A DNA stretch of 64,000 nt from Felis catus. Taxonomy: Eukaryota. Within the stretch, counting starts at the first letter, position 1, and each line of letters begins with the position of its first letter. The stretch is from positions 237,214,001-237,278,000 of the forward strand of contig NC_058368.1 of NCBI RefSeq assembly GCF_018350175.1, given 5' to 3'. The translations under genes were made by a program, and so were the position numbers. Under the pieces are notes generated by a model, which was given only the letters and a program-made list of their open reading frames with translations, did not search any database and had not been told where the DNA came from. This document shows positions 50,246 through 63,235 of the stretch, piece after piece.

Positions 50246-50730
50246 TCAGGGGGAGGAAGAAGTTTCCCGTGATCTTCTGAGGGTCCCGGCTGGGTCTGAA
50301 AATTAAACCAGCGAAGGCAGATTAACAGAAGAAAAGCATACAGATTTATCTAATATCAGTTTTACATGATGCAGGAGCCTTCATAAAACAGGAAGACCTG
50401 AGCCTTTTCATATTAGGTTTGATGAAGGACAGTCATGGTAAATGTGAGCAGATGTGGAGGGTATGAGCTAAAAGAAATAAACTGGGGGGAACTTGGCAGG
50501 GCCGGCGTGTTCAGGTTCCTCTCTCGGGGTCCCTGTATCTTGGAGGTCAGGACCCCCTTCCTCCAGAGACTGGGGCACCGCCCACAAGGGAGGTCACCTG
50601 CTTTAAGGCAGGAGAGCAGGGAAGGGCAGACAGTCCTTCCTGCCCTGCTGTGCTCCCCAGATTCCTTCTGTCAAAATGTTCAATATACTGAGGCACCGTA
50701 TTTTGGGGCAGCAGGTTCTGAACCCCATCA
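50246..50730 (-). mobile_element. ERV1 solo LTR, MER34/MER39-like
   Basis: Ends cgtattttggggcagcaggttctgaaccccatca (reverse of a TGA.GGGGT.CAGAA...CCCCAAAATATG start); gcagattaacagaagaaaagcatac near the other end; 4 bp flanks accc/acct. Confidence 0.8.
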
Positions 50731-53257
50731 ACCTCATCAGAATTCAGTCATCTCGGGACGTGCTCTCTAGATGGTGCCCACGGGATTTCTCTGGAGGATT
50801 CAGAGAAATGTCTGCAGTGATCTCTTTTCTAACCTCAGAAGCCATGTGATGGCCCCCCGGTCATAACCATCACCACCTCTGTGATTCCACCTGCGCTAAA
50901 TCTAGACGGATATCACCTATAACTGCCAATCTGGGAAAGGTCGGGGAGAGGCTGTGGGAGAGCTGGTCAAAGGGAAAGGGGCCCTTGATGGAGGCAGGAG
51001 CTCAAGTCACAGAGGCGTGGAGTGGAGTTCCTTTTCCGACTCAGTCATACAAAACGTTCAGGCGAATCACCATGCACCTAAACGTGTCTGCCCTTTGCAG
51101 TTCCGAGGGCTCGGTGATGAGGAAAGGGCTGGTGGGGAAGCGGACGGAGTGTGACTGAGCACTACGGGGATTCTACGCGGGATTTATGACGTCCCCTGCC
51201 TGGGACACAGAGCACCGTGTCTACACTGTGTTTTTCCCTTCCCCCGGAAAGCGAACGACCCACATCACCGGGAGGCAGTGTCTGAGCAGCTCCAGCCGTC
51301 AGCTTGACGTGGGAAGCACATCACCTCCAAGTCAACTTCGCGAAGGTCTCAGGCCATTCCGCGTAGAGTCCCCTCATCTTGTAAATGACTTGTTCTTCAA
51401 CTGGACTAAAGAACAGTTTGGCCCGGATGGTCCCTGAGTCCTCCAACTCTGAGAAGCCATGACCCGAGAATCTGGAGTACCTCCCCACGTCATCGGATCC
51501 TTACAATCCCACGTTTTCCAGCTCAGGGGACTTCTTCTGCTGCTCAGCGTCTCCTGTCTGTTGGACCTCCATTTCTTTGTCTCTCTCCACATCTTCACGC
51601 TGAGATGGGGTCCAGTCTAGGCTCATTGGATGCCTTTTCTCATCCAATCCTTACAACACTTCTAAGGGAGGGCTCCCACCCACACGGGGGATGCGGCTAC
51701 TAGACGCTCTCCCCCATCGTTAAGGTGGTAGGGAAGGGGCTCTAGGTGCCTAACAAGCACGGGAGCAAATAGCGAGCCAGGGGATAGCGGGTAAGGAATT
51801 TGGTGGAGGTGAAGTTCGTGAAGCCGTACGTAGTTAAAGACAGAATAACAGCACAACTTGTATGTGATCCCCCTTTGAGGGAGGGTAGGGGAGGTGAGTG
51901 TGCAATTGGAGGAGACAGACGGTTGCAGTTACCCAAACTTCCCACTAGGGGCGTGATCTTCTGGAGAAAGGATCCCCGCCATCAACGTTGGACAGGGGAC
52001 CCCATCCTGGCAGGAACACCGGGCAGGTACCTCTGTATTGTCTGGTCAGCCATGCATCGGTTAGAGTAAAAGTCCTCCTTTCAGAAGCCTAGAATGCAGT
52101 TTCCTGAAAGTCATCGGTAGTCCACGATAAACAATTGTACAGAATTTCATCTTCTATTTGTGTCTCTGAACTGTTCAGCCATGGGTCTATTTGGGATCTC
52201 AGGTAGACATTCCGAGGCTTGACGTGATAAGCCAATTTAAAGGATGGTGGGGGAGTAATTATAATTCAGTGATTCCCAGTAGGGGGCTGAGCATGGGGCT
52301 GTGGCCAGCCTCTGCAGGAAGGTTCCCTCTCCTTAAAACTCTGCTAGATCTGTTGTGGGGGCATCATCCCTGCTGGGACAGAGGTGAGAGCCAGTGATAA
52401 CCTCTCAGCTGCTACTCAAGGATGAACATCCTCAGGAAATGTCTCCCACATTCACTCCACTTGCCAAAGGTTTGGTTTCCAAGTAAATTTAGCAATTAAT
52501 CTTCCATATACCTAGGTAGAAAGTTGAAAGTATGTGTCGCTGAGCATGTGCATTTCTCTGAGACTTAAAAATCAGACACAGGCTTCTTGAAATGCACCAC
52601 ATGGGTCATGAGAGGAAAAGCCCTTGGTTGCTTTTTTGCCATCACCAGGCTGCTCTCAGGCTCTCTGCACGTTTGCTCCGCAGCGTAAGCGCTTGAGGTC
52701 ACTCATGCATATTTTCCTTACAACAAGGGCCTTCAATCTAAAACTCCCAGCACCTATTAGCTTGATGGGATCCTTTACAGCGGGCTCCCGCAGGGGCCCT
52801 CCACGAAGAAAGACACCACCGGGAAATCTATTCCAAATTCCTGTGGGCAGACTGCTTGAAACAGAGCTCCTGTCCTGGTGTCTGAACGCTCCACGGCAGG
52901 CCTGGGGGTCGGACTCCGGAACGCAGGAGTCATCCTTCCTTCGACGGTGGGCTCAGAGCCCGTCATTGGAAATGCCCCATCTCCCGCAGACAAGTGGCTC
53001 CCGGTCCTGACCTGAAAAGAGGAAGGAAGTTATAAGGCCCCAGGCAGCGGGCATCAGGCGTCAGCATCTCATTGGACACGAGTAAGGTAAACAGCAGGTG
53101 GTCAACAGCTCCCTAGGTAATAGTCACTTGTGTTCAGTATCGTTGTGAACTAGGAAGGCTTTAAAACAATTTTAAGACAAAAGGTGGCATAGCCCTCCTA
53201 CACAAATGTAGGGAAAAAATTCTAAAGTTTCCAAGTGGGAGCATCTGAGCCATATTC

Positions 53258-53285
53258 ATAGATAGATAGATAGATAGATAGATAG
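53258..53285 (+). repeat. (ATAG)7 tetranucleotide STR
   Basis: Direct reading. Confidence 0.95.
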
Positions 53286-53390
53286 TGAATTTGCTGATCC
53301 AAAGCCACAGAAGGGGAAGACATTGGGTCAAAACAAATTGTCATTGGAAAATGAGGACAATGTGGTTCAACAAGATGGCTTCAAGTTTAA

Positions 53391-53600
53391 TTTTTTTAAA
53401 ATTTTTATTTATTTTTGAGACAGAGAAAGACAGAGCATGAACGGGGGAAGGTCAGAGAGAGGGAGACACAGAATCCAAAGCAGGCTCCAGGCTCCCAGCC
53501 GTCAGCACAGAGCCCGGCATGGGGCTCGAACTCATGGACTGTGACATCATGACCTGAGCCAAAGTCGGACGCTTCGCCGGCTGAGTCACCCAGGCGCCCC
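53391..53600 (-). mobile_element. CAN-SINE
   Basis: Full body; TSD agatggcttcaagtttaa / agatgcctttgagtttaa. Confidence 0.95.
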
Positions 53601-56369
53601 TAGATGCCTTTGAGTTTAAAAATGAAAATGTCCATCCTACATCAAGATAGAAGGAACAACATTCAAGTAGACATTTATGAAAAATAATGTAAACATTTCT
53701 GGTAGAACTTTTTACTTGTTAGTAAGTTATTTGTTTGTTTAGTTTGTTATTTGTTTGTTTGTTGGTAAGTGATAATAAACACGACAAAAGTGACATGGTC
53801 AGTCCTATAAAGTCTGCCATGTTGATTTTATATAATATTTGCAATAAAATATGTAGAGTTGTGGTTTATTTGGACTAATGGGTTTTCCCACCCCGGGTAA
53901 TCCCACCCTATGTGGTGAGACGTGGAATCACTGGGAAATAGAGAGCCAGACTGGGACTCCGTTTACTTCAGTGTGTTCACGTGACTCTCACCCAGGATGC
54001 GTTCAACTCTTGCTAGCTCAGGCAAGGAAGGAGGAGACGGGTGGCTCAGAGTCAGTGTCAGGCCACAGAGAAACATGAGAAGGACAGAGGGGCTGAGGAA
54101 CGGGGGCTACAGACACGAAACCTTGAGGCTGGCCTTTCCTCCGTCTCAGTGGAGAAGTCCCAAGGTGCCAAGCGGTGTTTGAGCTCTTCCTTAAAAATAG
54201 TAGATCTTGGGCAGGAGGGCCACATGCCAAACTGCTGGGTTCCAGGGAGCAGGGGGAGGGGAGACATACCCATCGGTTTCCATTATGGAAGGCATGTGGC
54301 ACTGTGTCCATTACCGCCATGCATAGTGGAGAATTCCAGGCAAGAGGAAAGAAATGTGTTCCACAGGAAAAAAGACAAACATTCCTTGGAAGATTATTGT
54401 TACAGACACTTTTGAAAATCCTTTAATAAGCAGGATTGGCTGAGAAGGACGAAATTTCCACCGGAAACTGTGTTATGTACATTTTGTGTATGATGTAACT
54501 TAGATGTTGAGTCACGACACCAAGAGACTCGTGGTAACCAGATGCCTCTCCTCGGCAACCTAGCTGAGCACAGATTGGAAACTGGAAAGTCGTGGAAACT
54601 CTGTCAGGGTGTTAAGGCTGTGGAAGAACAAGACGTGGGCTGGAGGGGTTAGCTGTGGAAGGAAGTCGAGATCCTACTTTGGTTACTGGCCAAGTAAGGA
54701 TGGAGAATACAAAGTAACCCCACACTGACCCAGGCTTAACCGTGTGCTTATGGAATGAGTGTGCCCCATGCTAGCCAAACAGAACACAGAAATGTGAGTT
54801 TCAGGGGGCAGGGGGCAGAGCTCCTTGGGGGTCTGAGACAGAGGTGTGAGCAGGGCCTTCAAGAGCTCCTTTCCCAGCAGTGACCAAGTTGTATCTTAGA
54901 ATAACGTGATCTTTTAGGTTTTGTTGATGGAGACAATGCCAAGATTGCTGAGGGTATTAAAACAAGGATGAGTGAACATGGGATCGCTTCAGACTCGTGT
55001 GAGCTTTCTGAAATTAGGGCAAACGGTGGGCTCAGCAAAGATCCTCACTCATAGGCCAAAGTTTTACAGTGGATGGGGAGCCCCGTAAGCATAGTGGTCA
55101 GAATGGGACACAGGAGAGGCTAGTTTGATCGGGGCCAAATGGGACACCACAGGCCTGGAATACAGGTTTTTTTCCTGGGAGTGACAAACCCGGTTGGACA
55201 TCGAATTGGTGGGTGATGAGGACATAGCATTAGGTTTCTTAAGGCTCGTGGCAGAGCTGTGACAAAAAGAAGGTTGCAGGCTGGGGTGTGTGTGGACATC
55301 AATCGAGATGGGCCATTACCAGGGAAGCGCTGATACCAGCTCCCCGTGGCTGCAAACTCACCTTGAGGTCCGGAAATGTGTTCTGCAGCCCTTGCCCTGT
55401 GATTCCACGTCTGCGGAGCCGAGCTCCGCGCTAGTAAGGAGAACCCTACGCCAGGACTCGCTCAGCGGGAGCCCTGGAAAGACAACCAGCTTCCCTCCTA
55501 AGACTCAGTGGCACCTGAGGAAACTGGGAGGCCAGGAAGTTTTCCTGTTCTGTGGACTCAGGGGGAGACACTGGATAGATTACGTGGGAGAGCCCGGACA
55601 CCCCTGTCTGAGGCCTCCACAGATATATCTGCTCGTCTGATTTAGGAGCGGTCCTGAGTGCAGGCAGAAAATCGAGTAGGTCACCCTACACGCTCCCAGA
55701 CTTTGGACTTTATGGAGAACAGACATTCCGGAATAATCAAAGATGGCGGGGATAATTCGATCAGATTTCTGGAGACCTCTTGAGCGATGTAATCAGGGAA
55801 TCATGAGTAGATTACATCAGCCCTGAGCCTCAATACTCTGACTTTTCGGGGAGCAGTTGCTGTCGGCCGCTCCAGCCCCTTCCCTGGTCTGGAATGTAGG
55901 ACAGCTGTCTGTGGGAGTCCCAACGGGCTGATGCATGAACACTCACCCTTTTCTCTCCCATTCGTAAACCAGGTAAGAAGTAAGAAAGAGGATGCCAGCA
56001 AAGGAAATACCGCTTGTGTTTCTGATGGAGGTGATTAGACAAGGGGTGCTGGATAGACAACCGAAGGGGTTGACCAAGGCTTCTTCCTGAGAGTAGACAA
56101 ACCTGCCACGAGCCCTACGTGTGGAGTGGGTTCCAGACCACGTGGCAGAGATGGGACATCCCATTACCCTGCAGTTCCGAGAGGAGGAGGAGGGAAGGCA
56201 CTTAGCCGAACACGGCTGGGCCCCCTCTGACATCCCTCAGTCGATTAGTTCTCCCTCCCCTGAGGATGAGCAAGTCCCGGGTAGGGAGAAGGAACAGAGA
56301 ATCACACTCTTGGGGCAACAACCACCAGGGAGACGGAACTCGCACTTTACCTGCCTTGAAGAGCATGAG

Positions 56370-56490
56370 CTTTGCAGATGGAAATGATAAATTTCAGAGC
56401 CATTGTAAAGATTCAAAGGGGTGATCTAGTACGTAAAAATTGTCTGGCAAAGTGCCTGAAACACACGAAGTGCGGACAAGCTATGAGCTA
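56370..56490 (+). mobile_element. MIR 3' half
   Basis: tgcagatggaaatgataa..attgtaaagattcaa..gtaaaa..ggcaaagtgcctgaaacaca follows the MIR consensus. Confidence 0.6.
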
Positions 56491-57864
56491 CCAAGGTGTC
56501 ATCGTAAGCAACTTGGACATTTCCATGTCGCCGTGTTTCTGCTGTTCCACTGGTTTCAGCGTGTTGCTGATAATGCTAAAGGACCACCATATTGTCTATT
56601 TGTCCATCGTTACCAGGGTTGGGATTTGTGGAAATTAAATAAACATGACACGGTAATATTGTAAACGGTGATTTGAGAGGGAGCTGAAAATTTAAGACAA
56701 CATATGATGTCATTGTTTGAGTACGTATTTAGAACCCGGTCTCACTTTCTGCGTAATCCTCGGGAAATCAAATTTGCCCAGAAGGGCCGCGAAGAGCCAG
56801 AAACACTGCAGGGTGAGTCTTGTCAGGACAACTTCTAATCAAATCATACCTTTTATAATCTGCATATGTCGTTTTTTCTCTCCCTCCCAGACCTGTGACT
56901 GCTGGACATTTGTTATTTGAGTTTTGGTAACTTTTATCATTCTGTTTCTTACACGTGACCGAGGTGGGACTGGTCCGCTTCTTAATTCCAGCCCGAGTGT
57001 AGCTATTGTTTAGTCAAGGCTTAGGGTATGTGGGGATCAGGAAAAGTAGGGTACCCAAAGGGGGAAGGTCAAAGGTGTGTTGGCTGGGGCCAAATGGAGG
57101 CCTCCTGGAGAATACTTTGCACTCTGTCCCCAAATGGATAAGCCCCTGCCATCAGCCTTATGTATATTCTCATGGTCCCTGGGTTATGAGAACAACTTTG
57201 GATAAGTCACGGACACGATTATGAATAATTAAAGAGAAAAACCCGCAAGTAAGAGATGACAATGTGGAGAGCTCAGGGACAAGGAGGCTGCTGCGGTTCC
57301 CCTCCACCCGAGTCAACAGAGTGCCCCGCATTGGCCACCGACAAGGGCTGTCGGTGTCCTTTTCTTCTGCCCCCGGCTTCCCATATATATTTAATGCCTT
57401 TCTGCGGTCAAGATCGTTGGAGAGATATGAACTTCTCTTCTCCTTCATTAGAAAAGCAAAGAAAATAATTGAATAACAAAGTAGTTAAACAAAACTTGAA
57501 ATTGGCTGATTGCCATTGCGGGGGTAACGTGTTCCCTACTTTTAAAAAGCTCAATCTCGAGGCAGAGATGCGGACCGGACTGGACGTCTTCTTGGAGCCG
57601 CGGATCTCTGCCTCTCAAGGGCAATCTACCCCGGTCAAATGCTCGATCTGGGGAGGGGGACGGAGACCAAAGTGTCACCTCTGTCCGTGTTCGAACCTGC
57701 ACCGGCCAGGCCACCTCTGCCACTCCGGTCGTTCGGGGAGCCCTGGGTCCTGTGGGTGGGGCCAGCCCCTCCCAGCCTCACTCAGCAGCCTGAGCCCCTC
57801 AACGGACAGAGGTGAGATCTCAGGAAGTGGTACCTGCTTTTTTCCACGCTCTGGATCCCAGCCC

Positions 57865-58162
57865 TGACAGAGATCCCTCCTGCAGCAAACTTCAGACGGG
57901 CTCCCGGGGCCTTGGCTCTGTGCCTGCAGAGCTCTGTCTAGCAGGAATCCTGCCCAGTCCGTTTAGCGAGACTCCCCCTACTCTTGATGTCTCCTGGGGG
58001 GGTTTTCCATCTACTGACCACTGCCCTGCTCCTCGGCTCTACACCCCGCTGTCCTCGCTGCGTGCAGAACGGAGCCCTGTTCTATCCCCGAGGTCCGTCC
58101 TTCCCTGTTTCAGTGTTTCCTGTATCGCTTTACTGCCGTCCGGCTCTGGACCTCTAATGACA
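57865..58162 (+). mobile_element. ERV1 solo LTR, MER67/MER31-like
   Basis: TGACA...TGACA termini; internal agcaggaatcctgcccagtccgtttagcgagactcccc, ttttccatctactgacc..ccctgctcctcggct and gtccggctctgg. Confidence 0.75.
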
Positions 58163-58778
58163 CCAGGCCCCAGTGTCCGTCCACAGTCAGCGTCTCTGAC
58201 CTCTCCCTCCCTCCCTCCTCAATGCAATGGTCAAAGGACAGAAACGGCTTCATCACCATGGTGCACGCTCCAGGGAGCACCATTTCCTGTCTTTGTGGGG
58301 GGTGGGGACCCCCCAATGGACATGGGGCCTGAGGCCACGGCTCAGGAATATGGTCACCGCTGCTTCGGCCTTTGTTTTGTTTTGGGTTCCGCTCTGTTTT
58401 CTCTTCTGCTCCTGAGAGTTAAATAGCAAAACGGGAATGAAAGTCCAGCTCAGTCCCTTGTGCTGGATCGACGTGGAGGTCACACACACCCAGGAGGCAT
58501 TCTAGATGCAGGTGTGTGCAGCCCCTTCACCTGACCCAACACCAAGTCTTTAACTCCGTGGCATCTCTGTTCCACGGCTCCATTCGCTTTGTGACTGTTT
58601 GGCCTCAGGTCCCTGACCGCAGAGGAGCAGAGACCAATCGTCCTAAGTGTTTCGCGTCCTTCCATCTACCGACGGCTTGCTCACTGGCCCGTTCTCTGTT
58701 CTAGAATGCCCTCTCACCCTATCCATCCATCCATCTTAGTGCCTGGATTTGGAGATGTCTGTTTGGAGTAGCATTTTT

Positions 58779-58983
58779 TTTTTTTTTAATTTATTTTTGG
58801 GACAGAGAGAGATAGAGCATGAACGGGGGAGGGGCAGAGAGAGAGGGAGACACAGAATCGGAAACAGGCTCCAGGCTCCGAGCCATCAGCCCAGAGCCCG
58901 ACGCGGGGCTTGAACTCACGGACCGCGAGATCGTGACCTGGCCGAAGTCGGACGCTTAACCGACTGCGCCACCCAGGCGCCCC
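58779..58983 (-). mobile_element. Young felid CAN-SINE
   Basis: Nearly identical to the copies at 46483 and 60874; TSD gagtagcattttt on both sides. Confidence 0.97.
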
Positions 58984-59084
58984 TTGAGTAGCATTTTTGA
59001 AAGAATTGCCGAGGTTTCCAGAGAATTTCCACGAACTGATGAGCTCTCTGATAAATAAAATTCTACTGTTTTTGTTTTTTTCTT

Positions 59085-59240
59085 TTTACTTGGTATTTTG
59101 AACTAATATTAGACGTACAGAAAATTACACGAATAGTTCACAGAGTCCTGTTGGCCTCTCGACTGGCTTCCTCTGGTGCGAACGCCTGACAGGACCCTCG
59201 TATCGAAGCCAGGATGGTATCAGTGGGCCACTCTACCCAC
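59085..59240 (-). mobile_element. L1MB/MC-type 3' end fragment
   Basis: tattttgaactaatattagacgtacagaaaattacacgaatag..acagagtcc matches an antisense L1M 3' terminus. Confidence 0.6.
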
Positions 59241-59344
59241 TGAGGCAGAGAGGCGCCCGGCAGACGTCACGGGGGTGATGCGGCCTGACCACAAGGTCTC
59301 GTTTCCATGGTGTTCTTGCCGAAAGTTCACAACGCCACCCCGAC

Positions 59345-59990
59345 TCTGGGAAAACAGTAGATAACCCAAATTATTCTACAAATAATTAACTAGAATGCTG
59401 CAGAGACTTCAAGAACGTGAAAGGCCAGCGTATTTTCTGCTCGGATCGCCTTAACAAAGGGCCACCAGCTGGAGGCTCAAACGACAGAAGTTTCTGTTCT
59501 CAAAGTTCTGAAGGCCAGAAGTCCAAGATTAAGGTGTCGACAGGATAGGTTTCTTCGGAGGCCTCCCTCCCGGGCGTGCACACAACCACCTTCTCACTGT
59601 GACCCCACATGGCCCTTCCTCCGTGTACTCACAACTCTGGTGTCTCTTTATCTGTTTCCTCTTCTGATAGGCCTCATCCAGTTGGACCAGGCATGTCCCG
59701 ACGGCCTCACCTCAACATGATGACCTTTGTAAACACTCCGTCTCCAAACAAGGTCACCTTCTGAGGTTCTGGGAGATAGGATTTCAGCACATAAAATTTG
59801 AAGGGACACAGTTCAACCCGTAACAGGTGTGAGCACTGAACACAATGTAGAACCCTAGCCTGGGTTCTGTGACACAGGAAGGACATCAGCTGAAACACTG
59901 GCGAAATGCAAATTTTTATTTGTTAAAGTCAGTAACACTTGGACACTGTCCCTGTGTGTTTCTTAGAAAAACATATTAATGAGGGAGAAG
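59345..59990 (+). mobile_element. L1MC-type 3' UTR fragment interrupted by the MLT1 LTR
   Basis: aacccaaattattctacaaataa..cttcaagaacgtgaaagg before the LTR and aatgtagaaccctagcctggg..aaggacatcagctgaaacactggcgaaat after it. Confidence 0.55.
59429..59825 (-). mobile_element. MLT1A/B-type MaLR solo LTR, full length
   Basis: agttctgaaggccagaagtccaagattaaggtgtcgacagg ... tctccaaacaaggtcaccttctgagg ... gggacacagttcaacccgtaaca terminus. Confidence 0.9.
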
Positions 59991-60464
59991 GAAGCTAATA
60001 TATTAGAGTCAGGTAACATTTTATACATGCTGACCTCATAAAGCTTAAAACGACTAGTGATTGAAAACATTTATAGAAACATTTGGTGGCTTTTTAAGAA
60101 TGCACCACTCAAAAAGGATTTATTACCATAAAATAGAATATATTATTACTAGTTGAAAGAAAGATAAAATACATTCCACGTTCCACCTTGTAGAAAAAAG
60201 CAAAAACATGAAGAAAGGCAGAGGAAAAGATGGTTTGTATCCGTAAATAGTTGCCCAAAGCTAGATATTGCATAAGGTTATGGGAATGCAAATAGCACGG
60301 ATGCTTAGAAACGCTTCCAAATGAAAGGAAGAGATGCCGGAGAATTATTGCAAATCGCTCTCTAGAAAAGTAGAAAGAAGTCTCTGCATTAACCAGGAGA
60401 CACAGTTCCCGGTCGTTGTCACGTGCTCATAAACTACAGATGGGCAGCCCATGTTTTGCAAAGT

Positions 60465-61530
60465 TGAAGTAACTACTTTTCCTAGTTACGAAAGTAATTA
60501 ACATCCATTATAAATGAAAAACCCCAGCAAACACAGAAACATTTACAAAGAGAAATACCCTGGATCCTAAAACCTACAGATTCTCTCGGCAAGCCCTCAA
60601 TTACACCCCATTTCCTTCAGACTTTTTGTTCTGCTTCTGCCTATCCTTACGCATTTTACTAAAATGACATCAGACTGTTCCGCAGCTTTTAAAATAACAA
60701 TATGCCGTGAGCAGATCTCCACGTCACTAAATAACGATCTTCGTCTTTATTTTTGAAGATACGGGATTCTGTTATCGTGCCATAGCATACTTTCTTTAAC
60801 CAAATACCTATTTCTGGATATCATGGTTATTTCAAAGTTGTCACTCTTACGAACATTGCTGAGATGACTCCTTTTTTAAAAAATTTTTTTTTTCAACGTT
60901 TATTTATTTTTGGGACAGAGAGAGACAGAGCATGAACGGGGGAGGGGCAGAGAGAGAGGGAGACACAGAATCAGAAACAGGCTCCAGGCTCCGAGCCATC
61001 AGCCCAGAGCCTGACGCGGGGCTCGAACTCACGGACCGCGAGATCGTGACCTGGCTGAAGTCGGACGCTTAACCGACTGCGCCACCCAGGCGCCCCCGAA
61101 GTTGTCACTCTTACGAACATTGCTGAGATGACTCCTTAAGTAAGAGCCTCTGCACGTTTGTCCAGCGATGCGGGGGGATAAGTTCTTAGGAATGGAGTTA
61201 TTGGTGGGTTTGCAAATGTTAAGGCTTTGGAAGAAACGGCGCCAGAGTTCTCTCCAGAGACCTTGTACCAGTTCGTGTTCTTGCCACGCGTGTGCACACG
61301 CTCCCTCTCTGGTCTTCCCACCGTAGCAGAGAAGGCCTTTTCTTCAACCTTTGCTAAACCAATAGGCAGAAAATGCTCTCCGTGTACCAGAATTTCAGTT
61401 CGGGTTCCAGTGGAGAGCAGTTCCTTTATGTGTTCCGTGGAGGCTGGTGTCTCTTCTTGTGGGTTGTGCGCGTATGTGGTTTGTCTCTTCCATTAGGATG
61501 TCTGCTCTATATTGAGGGTAACTCTTAGGG
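60465..61530 (-). mobile_element. Old L1ME 3' region interrupted by a SINE
   Basis: tttaaccaaatacctatt..ggatatcatggttatttcaaa; ggataagttcttaggaatggagttattgg; accttgtaccagtt; tttgctaaaccaataggcagaaaatg. Confidence 0.7.
60874..61096 (-). mobile_element. Young felid CAN-SINE with an unusually long TSD
   Basis: Essentially undiverged body; perfect 39 bp direct repeat at 60835-60873 and 61099-61137. Confidence 0.97.
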
Positions 61531-62779
61531 GGTCAGATGGTTTCCGTGTCCATTGTTTCGCCGGTTGGTTGAGTGGCCTGAGTCAGTCAAACATTTCCAG
61601 TTCGTGCGAGCGAGAGTTCTCTTTAGTTCCAGTAACCCTTGCTGAGAGCACGTGATCAGCTAGACAGTGGTCCCTGCACCATGGAGCATCCAGAGCAGAA
61701 GGGACGCGTGTGGGCCAGGGCCCTGTGGTCGAACGGGCCCAGGACCCAGGTTTCCGAGCCGGCTTGGGATGGCCCCCTCTCACGCATGGGGCGCAGATGA
61801 TGGCCCTGAGTGTGTAATTCAGCTTCCCTGCCCCCAGCTCCCCTCACGCGCACGCAGTAGTGGCCGAGTGGTCCCCTCCCGCACACGGGGGCTACTGAAT
61901 GGGACTGGGGGTCTGCAATCTGCAACCCATTAACGTGAGTTTCCTTTCCCCACTTCACTGAAGGACAATAAAAGTAAGCTGCAAAAACCAGATGAAAATC
62001 ACAAGATTCGGTCAACTCCGGTCATCCTGCGCGGTGTGGTGGCGGGAGGCGGGCCAAGAAAGTGCCTGTTTTCTTTTCAGTGCTGTGGAATGCTTCTTGC
62101 CAGAGGCCCAGGGGGCCGGCGTTCATGTCAGCTTCCTGACGAGGTGGCCCAGGGGGCCTGACATGACCTTCATCCCAGAGAGAGTCTCGGGGACACAGGC
62201 GCGTCTCCGAGACGGGAGGTGGCGGGAGGAGCCGTGTCCCGAGCCGCCGCGCGGGCCGGGCCCCGGGCTCCGACGGGCCCACAGCTGTACGTTTCCTGCC
62301 CGCAGTGGCGTCCAGCAGCTGCCGGGGGACACTCGGGGCCCTGATGGAAAAGTCTGCATGCTAATTGTCAGGGAAAGGAAACAGGGCCCTCGCTGTTCAA
62401 AACCAAAGAGCCATGGAGAATTTGACGTGAGAATTTGATCAAAAAAGACTTTCTTCACGACGGAGTGTGTTTCCTCAAAATAATAAAAGTGTAGACTCCC
62501 CAGTGTCTCCGGCAGTCTAGACTGAGGGAGGCTGTGTCCTCTGGATATCACCGTGGCCTGCGCATACCTGTCACCTTGCATCACTGCTCCAACCCTACGG
62601 ATGAGCCCAAGTCCTTGCTCTGAGACCGAGCAGGAGCCGGAGGCCCCGGCCCTCCCGGGCTGGCTTGGCGGGACCTCTGTGCCCTCAGTCCCTCGTGCCT
62701 TCCCTGGGGGTCCAGCCGTGTGCCGGCCCCGCCCTCGACCCCCCGTTCTTCTCCTACGGTGCCCCAACATCCGCACCGC

Positions 62780-62920
62780 TCAGGGCTTCTGCATTTTTGT
62801 AAATCTGAGATGATAATTTGTGTTTCCCTGGTAAGTGAAGTTGAATACCTTTATTCTCTATTTTTGGCTACTGGAAGGACATCGTTGGCCACGTTTCTTT
62901 GGTTGAATGTCTTTATTGAC
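62780..62920 (-). mobile_element. Old L1M fragment
   Basis: aatttgtgtttccctggtaagtgaagttgaatacctttatt..ttggc resembles the antisense L1 atttgcatttccctgatgactagtgatgttgagcatcttttcat. Confidence 0.55.
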
Positions 62921-63191
62921 ACGTGAGGGCACTGACCTGCTAGGACGGTACTCCTTCCCATCAGTCTGGGTATGCTGAGCCTCGTGTCCCGGAGATCTGA
63001 TCAGCTGTCCCGCTGACCCTCCCTTACAGACGGTCCTGGATGGAGACCCTGTGGCCGAGTCTTCGCCCGACGCACGTGGCCGGATCTTGGCACAGGCCGG
63101 CAGTGTCGGGAGATGCCAGATTTAGACAGGCTGTGCCCTGGGCCGGTCAGCGTAGAGCCCCCGGAGCAGCCTCCTTACAAGTCTCTGCCTG

Positions 63192-63235
63192 GCCATGGGG
63201 TGAGGAAGCTCATGGGGTGAGGCCATGGGGTGAGG
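63192..63235 (+). repeat. Three near-tandem copies of CATGGGGTGAGG
   Basis: ccatggggtgaggaagctcatggggtgaggccatggggtgagga. Confidence 0.85.

Noticed and set aside
5784..61096. Recurring ~200 bp repeats as a CRISPR-like or novel array
   Set aside because: They are dispersed CAN-SINEs with individual TSDs and no regular repeat-spacer period; the genome is mammalian.
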